Assembly: GCA_900088475.1 (NCBI GenBank) | Contig: FLMG01004307.1 | Coordinates: 1 to 50,738, forward strand | Direction: 5' to 3' | DNA from: Hyphochytrium catenoides | Lineage: Eukaryota; Protista; Hyphochytriomycota | Length of the DNA stretch: 50,738 bases | In this document: positions 1 to 10,623 of the stretch, piece after piece | How positions within the stretch are numbered: the stretch's first letter is position 1 | Layout of the letters: every line of letters begins with the position of its first letter | The notes under the pieces: model-generated | What the model was told of the DNA's origin: nothing | Databases searched by the model: none | Seen by the model: only the letters and a program-made list of their open reading frames with translations | Translations under genes and position numbers: made by a program

Positions 1-32
<32 letters not shown>

Positions 33-35
<3 letters not shown>

Positions 36-536
36 TCTGGATACGTTTAGCGGTCTCTCTTTCTTGTTATATCCTCTCTCCTTTGGTGCTTTTAAGGGGC
101 TGTGGTGATGACTTTTCTTTGTTAGACGATTTTGATTCTCCTGCTTGCCTTCTCTCTTTCTTGCGCTCCATCTCTGGGCAGCAGTTATCTCTTTCCTCCT
201 TACTCTTAGGCGACAAACTCTCTCTTTCATCTTCTACTGATCACGCTTGGATAGTAATGCTGACCTCTCTCTCTCTCCTTGCTCTCTCTTTTTCTCCTCT
301 TCTTCTCAGCCTATTACACTTATATCGACAGGGTTCCAATCAGAAGAGTGCAGCCACTGCCGGTCGTGCCAAGAGAGAGAGTTCTAGCGGATGTGATGCT
401 AGAAGAGGTGGAGATGAGCGAAGAAACACTGAAGGAAGAAGAGACAGCAAAAACAGTTGTCATTGCCGGCAGCAGCAGCCCAGTGGAGATTATAGAAGAG
501 CGCGTATGGGGCGTCAGCAATGCGAGACAAGGATGA
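33..536 (+). CDS. Probable last exon of a membrane protein gene that starts upstream of the window; apparent frameshift in a (CT)n run at ~265-277
   Basis: A (CT)n(CA)n tract ending in CAG at 30-32 looks like an acceptor. The frame reads FWIRLAVSLSCYILSPLVLLRGC...HAWIVMLTSLS. After the (CT)n run the protein-like reading continues in another frame (LLSLFLLFFSAYYTYIDRVPIRRVQPLP...NARQG, TGA at 534-536). No family recognised. Confidence 0.35.
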
Positions 537-542
537 ACTTCT

Positions 543-575
<33 letters not shown>

Positions 576-1329
576 TCGTGTCCTCCCGCGCTCCTTTTGT
601 TGTTGATAAGTCTGACGAATGGAGGAGCAGGGAGGCATTAACAGTCAAGAGATGAAGGTCTTAAGCTGATTTAGCTGGAAGTCGTTGAGGGTCAAAAGCC
701 GAATATTGGGAGCAACAAAAGAAAAAGTTTCTCTCTCTTCTCCTAACTTCATCAGAGACGCCACACTGCCTTGTCATCGCCAAGATTGCTTGGGCTCGTA
801 AAAGCTACCGCATTTCCCAGCTTCCCGAGGTGTCTGTGGGTGAGCGGTGTCAGTGACTGGACAGTAGCTCTCTGTGAGCGAGACTTCTAGATCTGTCTTA
901 AAGTTCGTGTGGCCGCTGTTGATTGTCAAGGCTCTGCATCGTCATAAACTTTTAAAGGATGGATGCTCAGTAGGTGTCTACGAGGGCCGCACTACTACTG
1001 GTCGGCATCCCACAGAGCTATAAATCCAGAATATTAAGACCAATGAAAGAGACAATGGTGCAGCATAAGCCGCCAAGCTCTCTGTGTACTATCAGCTAAG
1101 GGTCAAGCACACTAATGCAAAGCATTGCTCTAATCAGAAGGAAGGCCGTACGGAGATTGTTCACAGGTGTCAGGAGGACTTGGAAGGAGGTGCGACACAT
1201 AGGGCGGAGAAGAGAGAAGAGAGAGGGTGAACGCCTTCTCCTTTTCTAGGCCAATGATAGAGCACGGAGAAGAGTCAAAGAGAGCAGTAATGCAGTCGCT
1301 TGCCATTGAAGCAGCATTTCGCCTTAGTG

Positions 1330-2475
1330 TTAGAAGACCATCTCCTTCTCAAAGACAGTGATCGAGTTATTTTCCACTGGAGAGAAGCCCAGATTGGTGT
1401 AGGTCCTCTGTGCATTGCTAGGATTTGCACCATCAACGCCCAAGCAGATGTCCTCCATACCGCGCTCCTGGAAGGCCAAGGCGCTCGCATAAATAAGTGC
1501 TCCCCCTAAACCCTTGCCACGCCACTCTCGAGTGACTCCTAGATGCGTTATCCAGCCACGCTTCTCTCCTATAATTTCATTGTTAGCGGTATCTATCATG
1601 TTGAATGCGATGCCGACGATCTCTCTCGAGCCATCTGACGCCGTTGCCCAGGCAATTCGATGAAGGGAATCATCATTCCGCGGGTCAGAATGCCACTCCT
1701 TGGCGTCTTCCTCATGAAAGACTTGCTTGGCATTGTGATGGTCACGCTTGAAGATCTCAAACTTCGTGCGGTAAGCATACATCCAGTCCTCTTCCGACAG
1801 ACCTTTCTCGATAACAACGCCTTCTGGCGGCTCAGATCTCTGGGCCAGCTTCTCACCGATGCCGCCTACCAAGCTGCTGGAGAGAAGATAATAGTACCGG
1901 GTAGGATCGTAGCCTCTCTTTTCAGAGAAAACGCTGCGCCAGGGGGAACCCGCAAAGGCGTACATTGTCGTTCTCTTTCTCCTCTGAGGGTCTATGTCAT
2001 CACCGTTCTCCTGGCATATCTCCCTGCTCCTCCGCTCAGTGAAGTCTAGAAGAGTCGACCCAATGCCTAGACGGCGATGGCTCGGCTTCACATAGCCGAG
2101 CTGCGTATAGGAGATGACCTCCTTGCCCTCCACCGCGCCAACTCGTCGTGAGCAATAGCCGAAGGCGATAATTTTGCCTGTTTGTTTGTCTTCTGCTATG
2201 AGCACGTCCTTGCTTGGGTCAAAGGAGTCCTTCTCCTTAGGGCTGAGCTCAATGCGGAGGATTTCCGGAGTGGTTGTATCCTCATCCACGTCTGCCACGT
2301 TGCTCTCGTTAAAGACGCTGGCAAGCGCTTCCCAGTCCTCTTCGGGGTCCTCGAACCGTAGAAGTCTATAACGAATTGTTGATGAAGGGATCCCTTCTAG
2401 CTCACTACTAGCTGCTGATGAGGCTCCACCTTTCATCACCTGCTGAGGACCGGAAGAATGATCGTCACCAGCCAT
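1330..2475 (-). CDS. Tandem (two-domain) GNAT family N-acetyltransferase, MshD-like architecture, intronless, 381 aa
   Basis: Two acetyl-CoA-binding motif A copies (VKPSHRRLGIGSTLL and VTREWRGKGLGGALI) plus a C-terminal LGVDGANPSNAQRTYTNLGF motif typical of bacterial tandem GNATs. Uninterrupted ORF from ATG to TAA. Confidence 0.88.
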   Translation of the reverse strand: MAGDDHSSGPQQVMKGGASSAASSELEGIPSSTIRYRLLRFEDPEEDWEALASVFNESNVADVDEDTTTPEILRIELSPKEKDSFDPSKDVLIAEDKQTGKIIAFGYCSRRVGAVEGKEVISYTQLGYVKPSHRRLGIGSTLLDFTERRSREICQENGDDIDPQRRKRTTMYAFAGSPWRSVFSEKRGYDPTRYYYLLSSSLVGGIGEKLAQRSEPPEGVVIEKGLSEEDWMYAYRTKFEIFKRDHHNAKQVFHEEDAKEWHSDPRNDDSLHRIAWATASDGSREIVGIAFNMIDTANNEIIGEKRGWITHLGVTREWRGKGLGGALIYASALAFQERGMEDICLGVDGANPSNAQRTYTNLGFSPVENNSITVFEKEMVF

Positions 2476-3106
2476 GTTGCTTGAAAGTTATAGGGGCAGG
2501 GCGCTTTCTCCTGGTTTCTTTTGAGAAAGTTAGATTATGCGATGCTTCCAGGTCGGCAGCTCATGCATGCTAAGACCATCTGCAGTTGAGAAAGCCTTCT
2601 CACGATTGGTGGCGCAGAGACATGTGACCTACCGCTGCCTTGAAGCCAGTCTTATTGGTCTTCCCGTTTCCTTCTTATCCTCTTTCCCCATCCGGTAGGC
2701 CTCAACCAGCAGGAATCATGAAGCTCCAGTTGAGGCGGTGAAGATGAAGATTATCGCCAAAAAATGGCGGTGACAACGGCTGAAGGCCACGAAGAAAAGA
2801 GGCAGAAAACACTTTCCGATAAGAATCCAGCGCGCCACAAACGAGTGATGGTCCTCAGATGAGAAGCACCTCTATTCCAGAATCCATAGTCAAAGACAGT
2901 ACAGGTTCTTGTATCTACGTCTACTCATTCGGTATAAAAAACTTTTGAGAGTGATGTCCAAAAATATGATGACTGTTCAGAATGTTGTTTGGTAGCATGT
3001 ACAGTACGAACTACATCACATCGACGTACACAGGACTTTTGAAGAAGTGGTTCTGGGCTAAACGGGCAGTGATACATTAAGGGTACACCTGATCCTTCAC
3101 CAGCAA

Positions 3107-3179
3107 ACCCGTCTAGCTCAGTCGGTAGAGCGCAAGGCTCTTAACCTTGTGGTCGTGGGTTCGAGCCCCACGGTGGGTG
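3107..3179 (+). tRNA. tRNA-Lys(CTT), copy 1
   Basis: 73-nt cloverleaf ACCCGTC-TA-GCTCAGTCGGTAGAGC-G-CAAGG-CTCTTAA-CCTTG-TGGTC-GTGGGTTCGAGCCCCAC-GGTGGGT-G with anticodon CTT, intact A and B boxes, no intron and no encoded CCA. Confidence 0.97.
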
Positions 3180-3183
3180 AAAC

Positions 3184-3188
3184 TTTTT
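3184..3188 (+). terminator. Pol III oligo-dT terminator of tRNA copy 1
   Basis: T5 run 4 nt after the discriminator base. Confidence 0.8.
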
Positions 3189-3794
3189 CTCTGCCAGACC
3201 TCTCTCTCCAGTTTGATGAGCGATCTCAAATAGAAGGTGGATGGTAGAACTACAGTAATTATCGCATACCTTCTTTGGCTGGCGGGCTGGTCTGCTGGTA
3301 CTTGTAGAAATGTAGGAATATTTAGAACTAACTAGAGCCTTTAGGCTTCAAGTCCAACCCAAGACTGTCATTTAGAACTAGGAGTTCTATAACCCCTCGG
3401 GAGATCGATTACGTGTCTCTCTTGAAAGTCTCTCAAAAGTGATTTTTGCTTTTTCCTGGTGTGGGTTGATGATGGATGAAGAGGTTCCAGTTGTCAACAA
3501 CAATAAAATGGGGTTTCTCCTCTTTCTTACCCCCATTTTTTTCTCATTGTAGGTTAGGAACCTACCTAAAGAACTGAGGTTAGGAGGCTAGGCTAGAATG
3601 AAGGTCTAGGAAAAATTGTTCTGTGTCTCAAGTTGATGGTGTGACACTGCACTTACTTGAGGCCAGATCTTCGGCCACACTCTTTTCTTCTTTTCTTCTA
3701 CATCGTGTCACTCTACCCCCAGAAGTCGGTTCTACATCGGACAGCAGTTAATGGCCTTTCTATTCTTAACCTTTGTGCCGATGTGACAAGAAGT

Positions 3795-3867
3795 ACCCGT
3801 CTAGCTCAGTCGGTAGAGCGCAAGGCTCTTAACCTTGTGGTCGTGGGTTCGAGCCCCACGGTGGGTG
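3795..3867 (+). tRNA. tRNA-Lys(CTT), copy 2
   Basis: Identical to 3107-3179. Confidence 0.97.
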
Positions 3868-3872
3868 AAATC

Positions 3873-3878
3873 TTTTTT
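3873..3878 (+). terminator. Pol III oligo-dT terminator of tRNA copy 2
   Basis: T6 run 5 nt after the tRNA. Confidence 0.8.
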
Positions 3879-4323
3879 CCGCCAAATACTGACCCAGAGA
3901 CTGGATACACAGAAGGGAACAGGGCTATACTTAGCTACTGTACGGTTGTTCAGACAGAAGGCATGTGTGCGTGTTTGTCCTTCTCCTACTACTACGAGTA
4001 GAAGCCCTGTTCTCCTAGCGCTCACAAGCAATACTTTAAGTGAAGCTCATGCTATGATGCCATTGACTTCTAGAGGTTAGGCGCTAGCAGAAGAAATGAC
4101 GGAAAGAAAATGGGTTTCAGCTCAGTCGCGGTGCCTTTGCTGCTGACGCAGATTGCGCGCCAAAAGGCCTGGCGGGGTTGATGCGAAGTTTTCTGCAAAG
4201 CTTCATATCTTTATGGATCGTTATCGCCCTGTTGTCCGCTGTTCAGATTGTTGTTCGCGTTGTGTAGGTGTAATCCTTCCAGCCGTTCAGGAGTTGTGCA
4301 GAGTTTCCCTGTATCCAAGCAAA

Positions 4324-4396
4324 ACCCGTCTAGCTCAGTCGGTAGAGCGCAAGGCTCTTAACCTTGTGGTCGTGGGTTCGAGCCCCACGGTGGGTG
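4324..4396 (+). tRNA. tRNA-Lys(CTT), copy 3
   Basis: Identical to 3107-3179. Confidence 0.97.
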
Positions 4397-4400
4397 AATC

Positions 4401-4405
4401 TTTTT
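4401..4405 (+). terminator. Pol III oligo-dT terminator of tRNA copy 3
   Basis: T5 run followed by further T4 runs. Confidence 0.8.
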
Positions 4406-4677
4406 GATTTTATTTTATCAATAGCCCGATGTTCTATAGATTACCACAGTACAAACCAACAATCAATGAGGTCCTATTTTGTAGGAGACAGCCATACAAT
4501 TGCCCTTTGCTTCGAACTGTGGTTGGGGGGACCATCACCTGAGTAACGGACTATCTCGATCCTTCGCCGCTCTGGTCAAGCAAAGGGAGCAAGGAGATCA
4601 TTTTATCTATCATCGACTACCTCAAGATATTCCGCTACTGAACCAACTGTCACCTAAAAATGGCTTTCCATTCCAAC

Positions 4678-4682
4678 CTCTC

Positions 4683-4746
<64 letters not shown>

Positions 4747-4752
4747 CTTCCT

Positions 4753-4795
<43 letters not shown>

Positions 4796-4815
4796 CCGCT
4801 CTCTTTTCCTCTCTT
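4678..4815. repeat. (CT)n microsatellite, representative of dozens of (CT)n/(AG)n tracts in the window
   Basis: Long, nearly pure CT dinucleotide run. Confidence 0.95.
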
Positions 4816-5615
4816 CCAGGTGTATATCTGTCGGCAAGGGGGACAAAAAAGTTGGGTCTCTCTCTCTTCCCTCTCTCCTCCCTCATTTCCTGATCCTCCA
4901 CCTTTAGTCAGGCTGTCTCCCTTCCCCTCTTCCTCACCAGTACGCCTGGTTATGAAGCAGAATAGGGAAGCGGAGAAGCAGCGCCTGGGCAGGCTAGAGG
5001 AGGAGCGCCATCCTCATCACCAGATGCTGTCTTATCTTCCTCCTTCCGCCCTCCATCGCTACCATCGCATTGAATCGGTTGCCTACCATAAGGCAAAGAA
5101 ATGGCTGGTCTCCATCGTCTCTTCTCCTCTCTAATACTATGCGCCGCCGCCCCGCAACTGAACTCAATGGGTCAAGCACTTCTTCGTCCCCATGATGATC
5201 CGACAGTCTTCTTCATCGAAAGCTGTTGTCTGAGGCCAGGTCACGATGGCGGCTATACTCAGCTTCATTGATCAAGGAACCATCAGCTCAGAGAGGTAGG
5301 ACCAGCCTCCTTTGCCTGTTATTACCTTGCTTGACGGGAGTACTGCTTCTTGTTGAAAGAGGAAGACGTCTGCCACTTCTTCTTCAGCTCCTGCTTCGGC
5401 TCAGGACCCGCTCTCGATGTCTCTTTCTCCTATTTTTATCTGGCCATCGTGGCTGCTGCTTTGAAGCCAATGATAGACCGTGAACTGAGATAATAACAAG
5501 GTGAAGCGATAAGTATGCTCTACGTTATCTGACTCAGCCGCGAACGGCAGGAGAGGCAGAGGAGGACAAAGCTACCAGGTCCGGTGAAGGATCTTCCCCT
5601 TTGCCTTCAGTTAGA

Positions 5616-7814
5616 ATGAAGATCCAGGCAATCTGCGCAGCTCCAGCTTCCTTTCCTCCAAACGTAGTCACAGGCGGTGATCAGCAGACAGGCACATCAA
5701 GGCATCATGCTGCTACATTTACTTCTCCTGCGCAATCATCAGCAAGAGAATACCGTCTCGTTCCCGGTACGAAGCCTGTAGAAGTCGTGGATTATGGCAG
5801 AACACTTCTCTCTGAAGTCTTTGGCACTGCTCTTGCGCGTAGATATCGCCATCTGGCTCGCTCTTACCCTCTTCTCACTGTCCTCTGGACCACTGGACTC
5901 CACTCGCTTGGTGGTGTCTCTCTTCTTATCTCTCTTCACCTGCAAGATAGAGTGACAGCGACACTTCTGGCCACTTGTTCCGCCTTCCTCGTGGTCCCTG
6001 CGCTCTTTCACGGCTTTGTCTTTCTCAATCCGGTCATTCTCAAGATTCTGCTCCTTTCCTTTGAGTTCTGGTTCCTGATCATCGTCCAGGCACTGCAGAA
6101 TGCTCTTCTCACTTATCGCATGGGATTGGATGCACGAAGTATCTCTACTGGCTTTGTCTGCTTCTTCTCCTTGTTCCTGACAGCCTGTCTGGATGCAATG
6201 CATCCCTCGCTACGAAGAGGGGGCAAGGTCCAAGTCTTAGTCGGACTGGCGGTGGGCTCCTGGCTTGGCATCTCTGTTGCCTTTGATCTCATTGCCCGGT
6301 CTCCTGGGGCCCTCGAAGAGGATCAGTTCCTTGGAGAGCACACGAGAGATATGACGGTGAACCTGATCTCTATCAGTGTGATGTTACTAGGGAAGACGCT
6401 GTACAGGCTGATGAGAAAAGACAGTCGAGACAAGAGAGCGGGAGGATCCTCTTCTGTGGCCTTTACAATGATTAGAAGCATGCTTGAGCTGGTGCCTGTC
6501 TCTAACGCAGTGACAGTCTTCCATGAGACTGATGACATCTCTCTCTCTCCTCGTCAGCCGCCGCCGTCCTCTTCCTCTTCCCCTGCTCCTCAAGGATTTT
6601 TAGGTCAAAAGGCGAAAGATGGACAGAGAGAGCCCAAGAGTCTCGCTCTTTCTTCATCGCCTCAGCGCCATCAGCATCCTCCTCCCAGCACTTCTGTCCT
6701 TCCTTTGCCTTCTTCTTCTTCGTCCCTCTCTCCTCTTGAGCACAAGGTAGAGGAAGCGCCAAGTAGCAATAGCCGGAAGAGCTCCGCACTTAGTGAAGCG
6801 GGGAAGAGCGTCAATAGCGCGGAAGATGGTCTCTCTCTCTCTTCTTTCCCTGCAGCAGACGACCTGCAGCAGCGCCTCTCCCATGGGACGATCGATCAGG
6901 AGTTTCTCAGTAGAATGGCAAGGCTCTCTTTTAGAGGAGATGAAATGCTTCTGTGCAAGGCAGGGCTTTTAGGAAGAAAGATAGTCTCTCTTCTCTCCTG
7001 GGTAGCATCTCTCTCTCTTGCTTGGAAGAGAGTCATAGCCTGTTTCTTCCTTCTCACACTTATTTTCTCTTCATTGCTGCTCACTCTCTCTCTCCCATTC
7101 CGCCCCCTTTCTCCCTCTGAGTCTCTCCTGATGGCTTCTCTTTCTCTTCTTTTACTGGGAGAAGTGTGTCTCCTGGCAGGGGGAGGACTAAACAGCTCTC
7201 TTCTCTCTCTCCTACTCTCCAGCTCCTTCGACGCCGTCTTTCTCTCCTTTCACTCGACGTTGCTTATGTTAGGTCTTAGTATCCTTACCGGAGGAGGAGA
7301 CTTACGTCTTCTATCGTCTCTTTCTCTCTGGGCCTTCTTTCAGCTTTCCTTTGTGACGGACGCTTTTCTCCCATGCTCTCTCTCTCTCTCTCTTTGTGGC
7401 CTTAGCAGAGGAGCTCTCGGGCGCTGCATGCACTTGACAGCGCTAGGAATAGAGGCTCTTCTCTTCGCTTTTGTCCTGTTTAACGCCATTGAAGGGGCAG
7501 GAGAGGAAGGAGAAGAAGCAGAAGAGAGAGAGAGACTTCTCCTCTTTGCCTCCTCTTTCCTGGGCTTGTTCCGACGTCGTAGTAGGGAAGGCACTGGCCG
7601 GTTGGGAGTCCAGTCTTTTGTCCTCACACGGCTCTTCACTCTGATCCTCTTCCGCGTGCGCCTGGTGCTCCGAGACGCTCGCTTTCTTGTCCTACTTCGC
7701 GCTGGGTTTGGCGTGGTGACGCGGCGCGGCGGTGGCGGCAAAAAAGCGAAGAAAGACTCGATTGAGGCCACGCAGGTCCAGATACCGAGTACTGTCAAGG
7801 AGGAAGCGAGGTAG
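5616..7814 (+). CDS. Intronless polytopic membrane protein with two homologous hydrophobic halves separated by a Ser/Pro-rich linker (732 aa from the first ATG)
   Basis: Long uninterrupted ORF. Half 1 reads LNPVILKILLLSFEFWFL...LDAR...ACLDA...LGKTLYRL...FTMIR and half 2 reads LNSSLLSLLLSSSFDAVFL...GDLR...FVTDA...FRVRLVLR...LVLLR. From memory it resembles uncharacterised oomycete transmembrane proteins; no search was run. Confidence 0.8.
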   Translation: MKIQAICAAPASFPPNVVTGGDQQTGTSRHHAATFTSPAQSSAREYRLVPGTKPVEVVDYGRTLLSEVFGTALARRYRHLARSYPLLTVLWTTGLHSLGGVSLLISLHLQDRVTATLLATCSAFLVVPALFHGFVFLNPVILKILLLSFEFWFLIIVQALQNALLTYRMGLDARSISTGFVCFFSLFLTACLDAMHPSLRRGGKVQVLVGLAVGSWLGISVAFDLIARSPGALEEDQFLGEHTRDMTVNLISISVMLLGKTLYRLMRKDSRDKRAGGSSSVAFTMIRSMLELVPVSNAVTVFHETDDISLSPRQPPPSSSSSPAPQGFLGQKAKDGQREPKSLALSSSPQRHQHPPPSTSVLPLPSSSSSLSPLEHKVEEAPSSNSRKSSALSEAGKSVNSAEDGLSLSSFPAADDLQQRLSHGTIDQEFLSRMARLSFRGDEMLLCKAGLLGRKIVSLLSWVASLSLAWKRVIACFFLLTLIFSSLLLTLSLPFRPLSPSESLLMASLSLLLLGEVCLLAGGGLNSSLLSLLLSSSFDAVFLSFHSTLLMLGLSILTGGGDLRLLSSLSLWAFFQLSFVTDAFLPCSLSLSLCGLSRGALGRCMHLTALGIEALLFAFVLFNAIEGAGEEGEEAEERERLLLFASSFLGLFRRRSREGTGRLGVQSFVLTRLFTLILFRVRLVLRDARFLVLLRAGFGVVTRRGGGGKKAKKDSIEATQVQIPSTVKEEAR

Positions 7815-7823
7815 TGCCAGCTG

Positions 7824-7869
<46 letters not shown>

Positions 7870-9149
7870 CAGAGGGAGACAGAGAGAGAGGTGGTAGAAT
7901 GAAAGTCGAACTCTTAGGATGAAGAGGAAAGGCAGAGGGGAGAAGAAAGGCCCTTATATAGAAGGAACAGATTATTCATTTGGACTTTATATTATGCAGC
8001 TTTCCTTTTCTCTCTCTCTCTCTCTCTCTCTGCCCCGATCTATTATCTACCTGTCTATTGATCTCCTTTCTGCCCTTTATTTTCTTCCTCTTCTCCTCTT
8101 TATCTCCCTAAAAGAACTTGGTCTGCTATCTCATCTCTCTCCTGCTCCGTTCCCTTTCTGTCCATCGCGGCATGGTCTCTCCTCCTCGTTGTGCTCTGCT
8201 CTTCTCTTCATCTTGTCTTCTCAGGCCCGCCGCCCATCTAACTTCCCAGTCTTTCTTTCTTCTCTTCTTCAGTCATCTGCCTGCCGGTCCTTTCTCTTCT
8301 CTTCTTTCTTTGTTCTCTCGGCCGTCTATTTTGTCTCTCCTTCGTTTACTCTTGTCTTCTTTCTCCCGTTCTCTCTCCTCTCCCTTCTCTTTNNNNNNNN
8401 NNNNNNNNNNNNNNNNNNNNNNNNNNNNNNNNNNNNNNNNNNNNNNNNNNNNNNNNNNNNNNNNNNNNNNNNNNNNNNNNNNNCTCAAAGATCAGGAATT
8501 TTCTGCAGAGTAACGGCCCTTTATTTACGGACATCGGGAATTAGAACAACTAGATCCTTTATCAGAATGTGCTTTCGCTACTTATTTGTAATCGTGAGTT
8601 GTAGCAATGATTGTGCTGCTGCTTCCTGTTCTCGCTTCTGATCCTAGGCTCCTCTTGCTACTCACTCTCTCTCTCTTTCTCTCTCTCTCTGTCTCTCTCT
8701 CTCTCTGTCTCTCTCTGTGTCTCTCTCTCTCTGTCCCAAGTCCTCATCCTCTCTCTCCTCGCTCCCACTCTTTCTGTCTCGTCTTCTCGATCCTGGCCCT
8801 CCGGGATGTCTCTTCGTCTCCGTTCTCTTCTCTCTTTTCTTTCTCTTCTTCTCTCCTAGACTTTCCTCTCTCTCCTTTCCATCCAACATCATGGGCCATC
8901 ACTGCTGCTTCGCCATCTCTAGTAGCTCTTGTCAGACAGCTTGCTGCAGGAGGTATCGCTGAGTGAGAAGGTGGAAGAGAAAGAAGCATCGAAGGCATTG
9001 GATCACACAGCTCTTCTCTCTTTCCCACTCGTCCGAACTCGGCTCCTCCCTGAACCTCTGTTACTTGGTCCCTTCTTTTCTTACATCTACGATCTCTTCC
9101 GCCGTCTTCTCTCACGCTTCTTCCTCTCCCTTTCTCTCTGTCTCCTCTC

Positions 9150-9207
<58 letters not shown>

Positions 9208-9276
9208 GCTCTCGCTCTCGCTCTCTCTTTATCTTCCTTTTTTCTCGCTTTACCTCGCTGCTTCCCAACGCGGAGA

Positions 9277-9674
9277 ATGAGTGGCTCGGGAGGTGAGCCC
9301 GAAGACGTTTCACTCCTTTCTCCTCTCTCTTGCTGCGCTGCCTCTCTTTCTCTCTCTCAGTCTTCGTCTTCTTCTCTCTCTGTGCCCCCTCTCCCAGTTT
9401 CTCTCCCTCTCTCTCCAGAGAGTGAGGCCCGTCTCCGTGAAGCTCTGGGAGAGCTGACTTGCTCTATCTGTCTCGAGCTTCTCCTCCATCCCGTCACACT
9501 GACCTGCGGGTGAGAGACAGACAACCCTGAGCTGCCTACCTTCTGCCTCTTCTTCCTGCCTTTCCCTCTCTCCCATCCCCAGTCTTTTGCTCTTTCTTTC
9601 TCTTTCTTCCTCCCTCTCTCTCCCAGCCCTCTTCCTCTTTTCTCTCTTTTTCTCCCCTTCTGACTCTCTTTTAC

Positions 9675-9718
<44 letters not shown>

Positions 9719-10305
9719 CTCTCTCTCTCNNNNNNNNNNNNNNNNNNNACCGCCGCTGCGCCATTCAACTCTATGAAAGTCTACAACGTGGCGGAGGAGA
9801 AGAGAGAGAGAGAGAAAGAAGAGAGAGAGAGGCAAAAGAATGCATCTTCCCCTGTCCAGTCTGCAGGGAGTTATCCTTAGACTCCTCCGTCTATTCTCTC
9901 GCGGTGAACAAGCTTGCCAGAAATCTCTCGGCACTTCTCTTCCCTGTAGAGTTTGCAAAGAGACAGAGACAAGCCTCTCTCTCTCCCTCATCCACAGCTT
10001 CTGACTATGGACGGCAGAGGATGGAACGAGGAGGGAGAGAGAGAAGGAGAGAGAGAGAGAGAGGTGGGAGAGGCACCTGCTCCTCTCCTAGCGGATTTAT
10101 CTTGGCCGTGGTTGTTATCCTCGCGATTGCCGTGACAATCACAGTGAATTACGCGCTGCATGTGCTGGGCACGACGGCTCTCTCTCTCTCTCTTCCCTCA
10201 GACTTCAGTGTGTTTCTTCTCTCTCACTCTCTCTCGGATTTGTCAGATGGTGGGATTTTGGTAGAAGGCCTTCTCGCGGGACTCAGGATACTGCTAACTC
10301 TCTGA
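9277..10305 (+). CDS. RING-finger E3 ubiquitin ligase with C-terminal transmembrane segment (at least 2 exons)
   Basis: Exon 9277-9509 ends ELTCSICLELLLHPVTLTCG at a GG|GTGAGA donor. After a CT-rich intron and an N-gap the frame resumes xRRCAIQLYESLQ...FPCPVCRE...VNKLARNL...GFILAVVVILAIAVTITVNYAL...stop. The RING His ligand and the acceptor site are hidden in the gap (9730-9748). The start codon is uncertain because the frame is open upstream to 8929 and beyond. Confidence 0.8.
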
Positions 10306-10623
10306 GCAGAGGCAGCTAGAGGATAGGAGAGGGAGAGAGAGTAGGCAGCGGGCTTCCACTCTTTGTTTCCAAGACAACCGCCTACTTTTGTCTCTTCCCT
10401 CTCTCTCTCCCTCTTTCCCTCTCTGTCTCTCTGTCTCTCTCTGTCTCTCGCTCTCTCTTTCTGCTTCTCCCTTACAGCCTCTTCTAGTCCATTTTGACCT
10501 CTCTCTCTCTCACTCTCTCTCTCTCTCTCTCTCTCTTCTGGTTCCTCTTCCCTACCACCTAAATACTCACTACTCTATGACTTTCTGGGTAATTCGGTTC
10601 TATCCTCTTATCTCTTGGCCTCA

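Noticed and set aside
3540-3612. GTTAGG/CTAGG motifs resembling telomeric repeats
   Set aside because: Scattered and degenerate, not a tandem TTAGGG/TTTAGGG array.
4110-4190. AGCTCAGTCG A-box-like motif between tRNA copies 2 and 3
   Set aside because: No T-loop/B box or acceptor stem, so a tRNA or tRNA pseudogene cannot be supported.
5188-5238. ATGATGA...CTGA resembling a C/D box snoRNA
   Set aside because: Only ~42 nt from box to box, negligible terminal stem and no recognisable guide.
4900-5500. Protein-like fragments on both strands upstream of the membrane-protein gene
   Set aside because: Short frames broken by stops, with no recognisable motif or consistent splice model.
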